Notes under the pieces: model-generated
The model's database searches: none
What the model was told of the DNA's origin: nothing
Seen by the model: the letters and a program-made list of their open reading frames with translations, nothing else
Program-made: the position numbers and the translations under genes
IMG/VR virus record: IMGVR_UViG_3300020045_007774
Coordinates: 1-46,617 of that record
Source of the DNA: a virus
Taxonomy: Duplodnaviria > Caudoviricetes
Direction: 5' to 3' (one strand)
DNA: 46,617 nt
In this document: one piece after another, positions 46,497-46,617 of the stretch
How the letters are laid out: every line of letters starts with the position of its first letter
Numbering within the stretch: position 1 is the first letter of the stretch

Positions 46497-46617
46497 AAAC
46501 TAAAATACCTGTTGGCTTTAAAACATACCTGCAAGCCTGAATAAATTCATGTACATTATCCACATGAGCAAAAACGTTTGTCGCTGTAATTAAATCAGCC
46601 CGCCCGTCACCAATACT
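46497..46617. repeat. Terminal direct repeat, right copy
   Basis: Identical to 1-121. Confidence 0.95.

Larger units (their letters stand above)
1..46617 (-). mobile_element. Complete circular tailed-phage genome (siphovirus-like, inferred Bacteroidota host)
   Basis: Terminase, portal-, capsid-, tape-measure-, lysozyme- and NinG-like genes; identical 121-bp ends; no host housekeeping genes; Bacteroidota-type TAnnTTTG promoter boxes. Confidence 0.93.

Noticed and set aside
45877-46563. 228-aa stand-alone methyltransferase in the ORF track
   Set aside because: It is the C-terminal part of a 422-aa gene starting at 649 and crossing the junction
1-46617. Integrase/lysogeny module, diversity-generating retroelement, tail sheath, DNA polymerase
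   Set aside because: No tyrosine/serine recombinase, reverse transcriptase, TR/VR pair, sheath or polymerase motifs recognised; a very divergent small gene could be missed

Overview
This window looks like a complete, circularly assembled genome of a tailed dsDNA phage, about 46.5 kb. Bases 1-121 are identical to 46497-46617; this is an assembly overlap that splits a methyltransferase gene, giving a unit length of 46,496 bp. It is AT-rich and almost every real gene is on the minus strand. A Bacteroidota host is inferred from TAnnTTTG -7 promoter boxes in eight intergenic positions, A-rich start contexts without Shine-Dalgarno motifs, and signal peptides followed by Gln. Reading the minus strand, a divergent control region at about 16.6-16.7 kb drives an early/replication arm (ssDNA-annealing-like protein, NinG, SF2 helicase, DNA methyltransferase, replication initiator with an embedded HNH domain). 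Next come the terminase and a six-enzyme glycan-tailoring cluster (Stealth-like phosphotransferase, two GT2 proteins, SAM methyltransferase, sulfotransferase, NDP-sugar C-methyltransferase). These are followed by the frameshifting tail chaperones, tape measure and tail genes, portal/neck genes, a fibre module, scaffold and capsid, and a dispersed lysis region. No integrase, tail sheath, DNA polymerase, tRNA or CRISPR array was recognised, so a siphovirus-like, probably non-integrating phage is most likely. The most interesting signals are four. First, an apparent virion-modification programme: the glycan/sulfation cluster, recurring acidic-Ser-Gly loops in structural proteins, and Cys-rich shell proteins beside a membrane CxxC protein. 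Second, an attC-like fold-back element that appears to build a chimeric ORF. Third, a shared RNA stem-loop motif in the capsid and tail-tube leaders. Fourth, two attenuator-like leaders. All product calls are from motif recognition by eye; no database searches were run.
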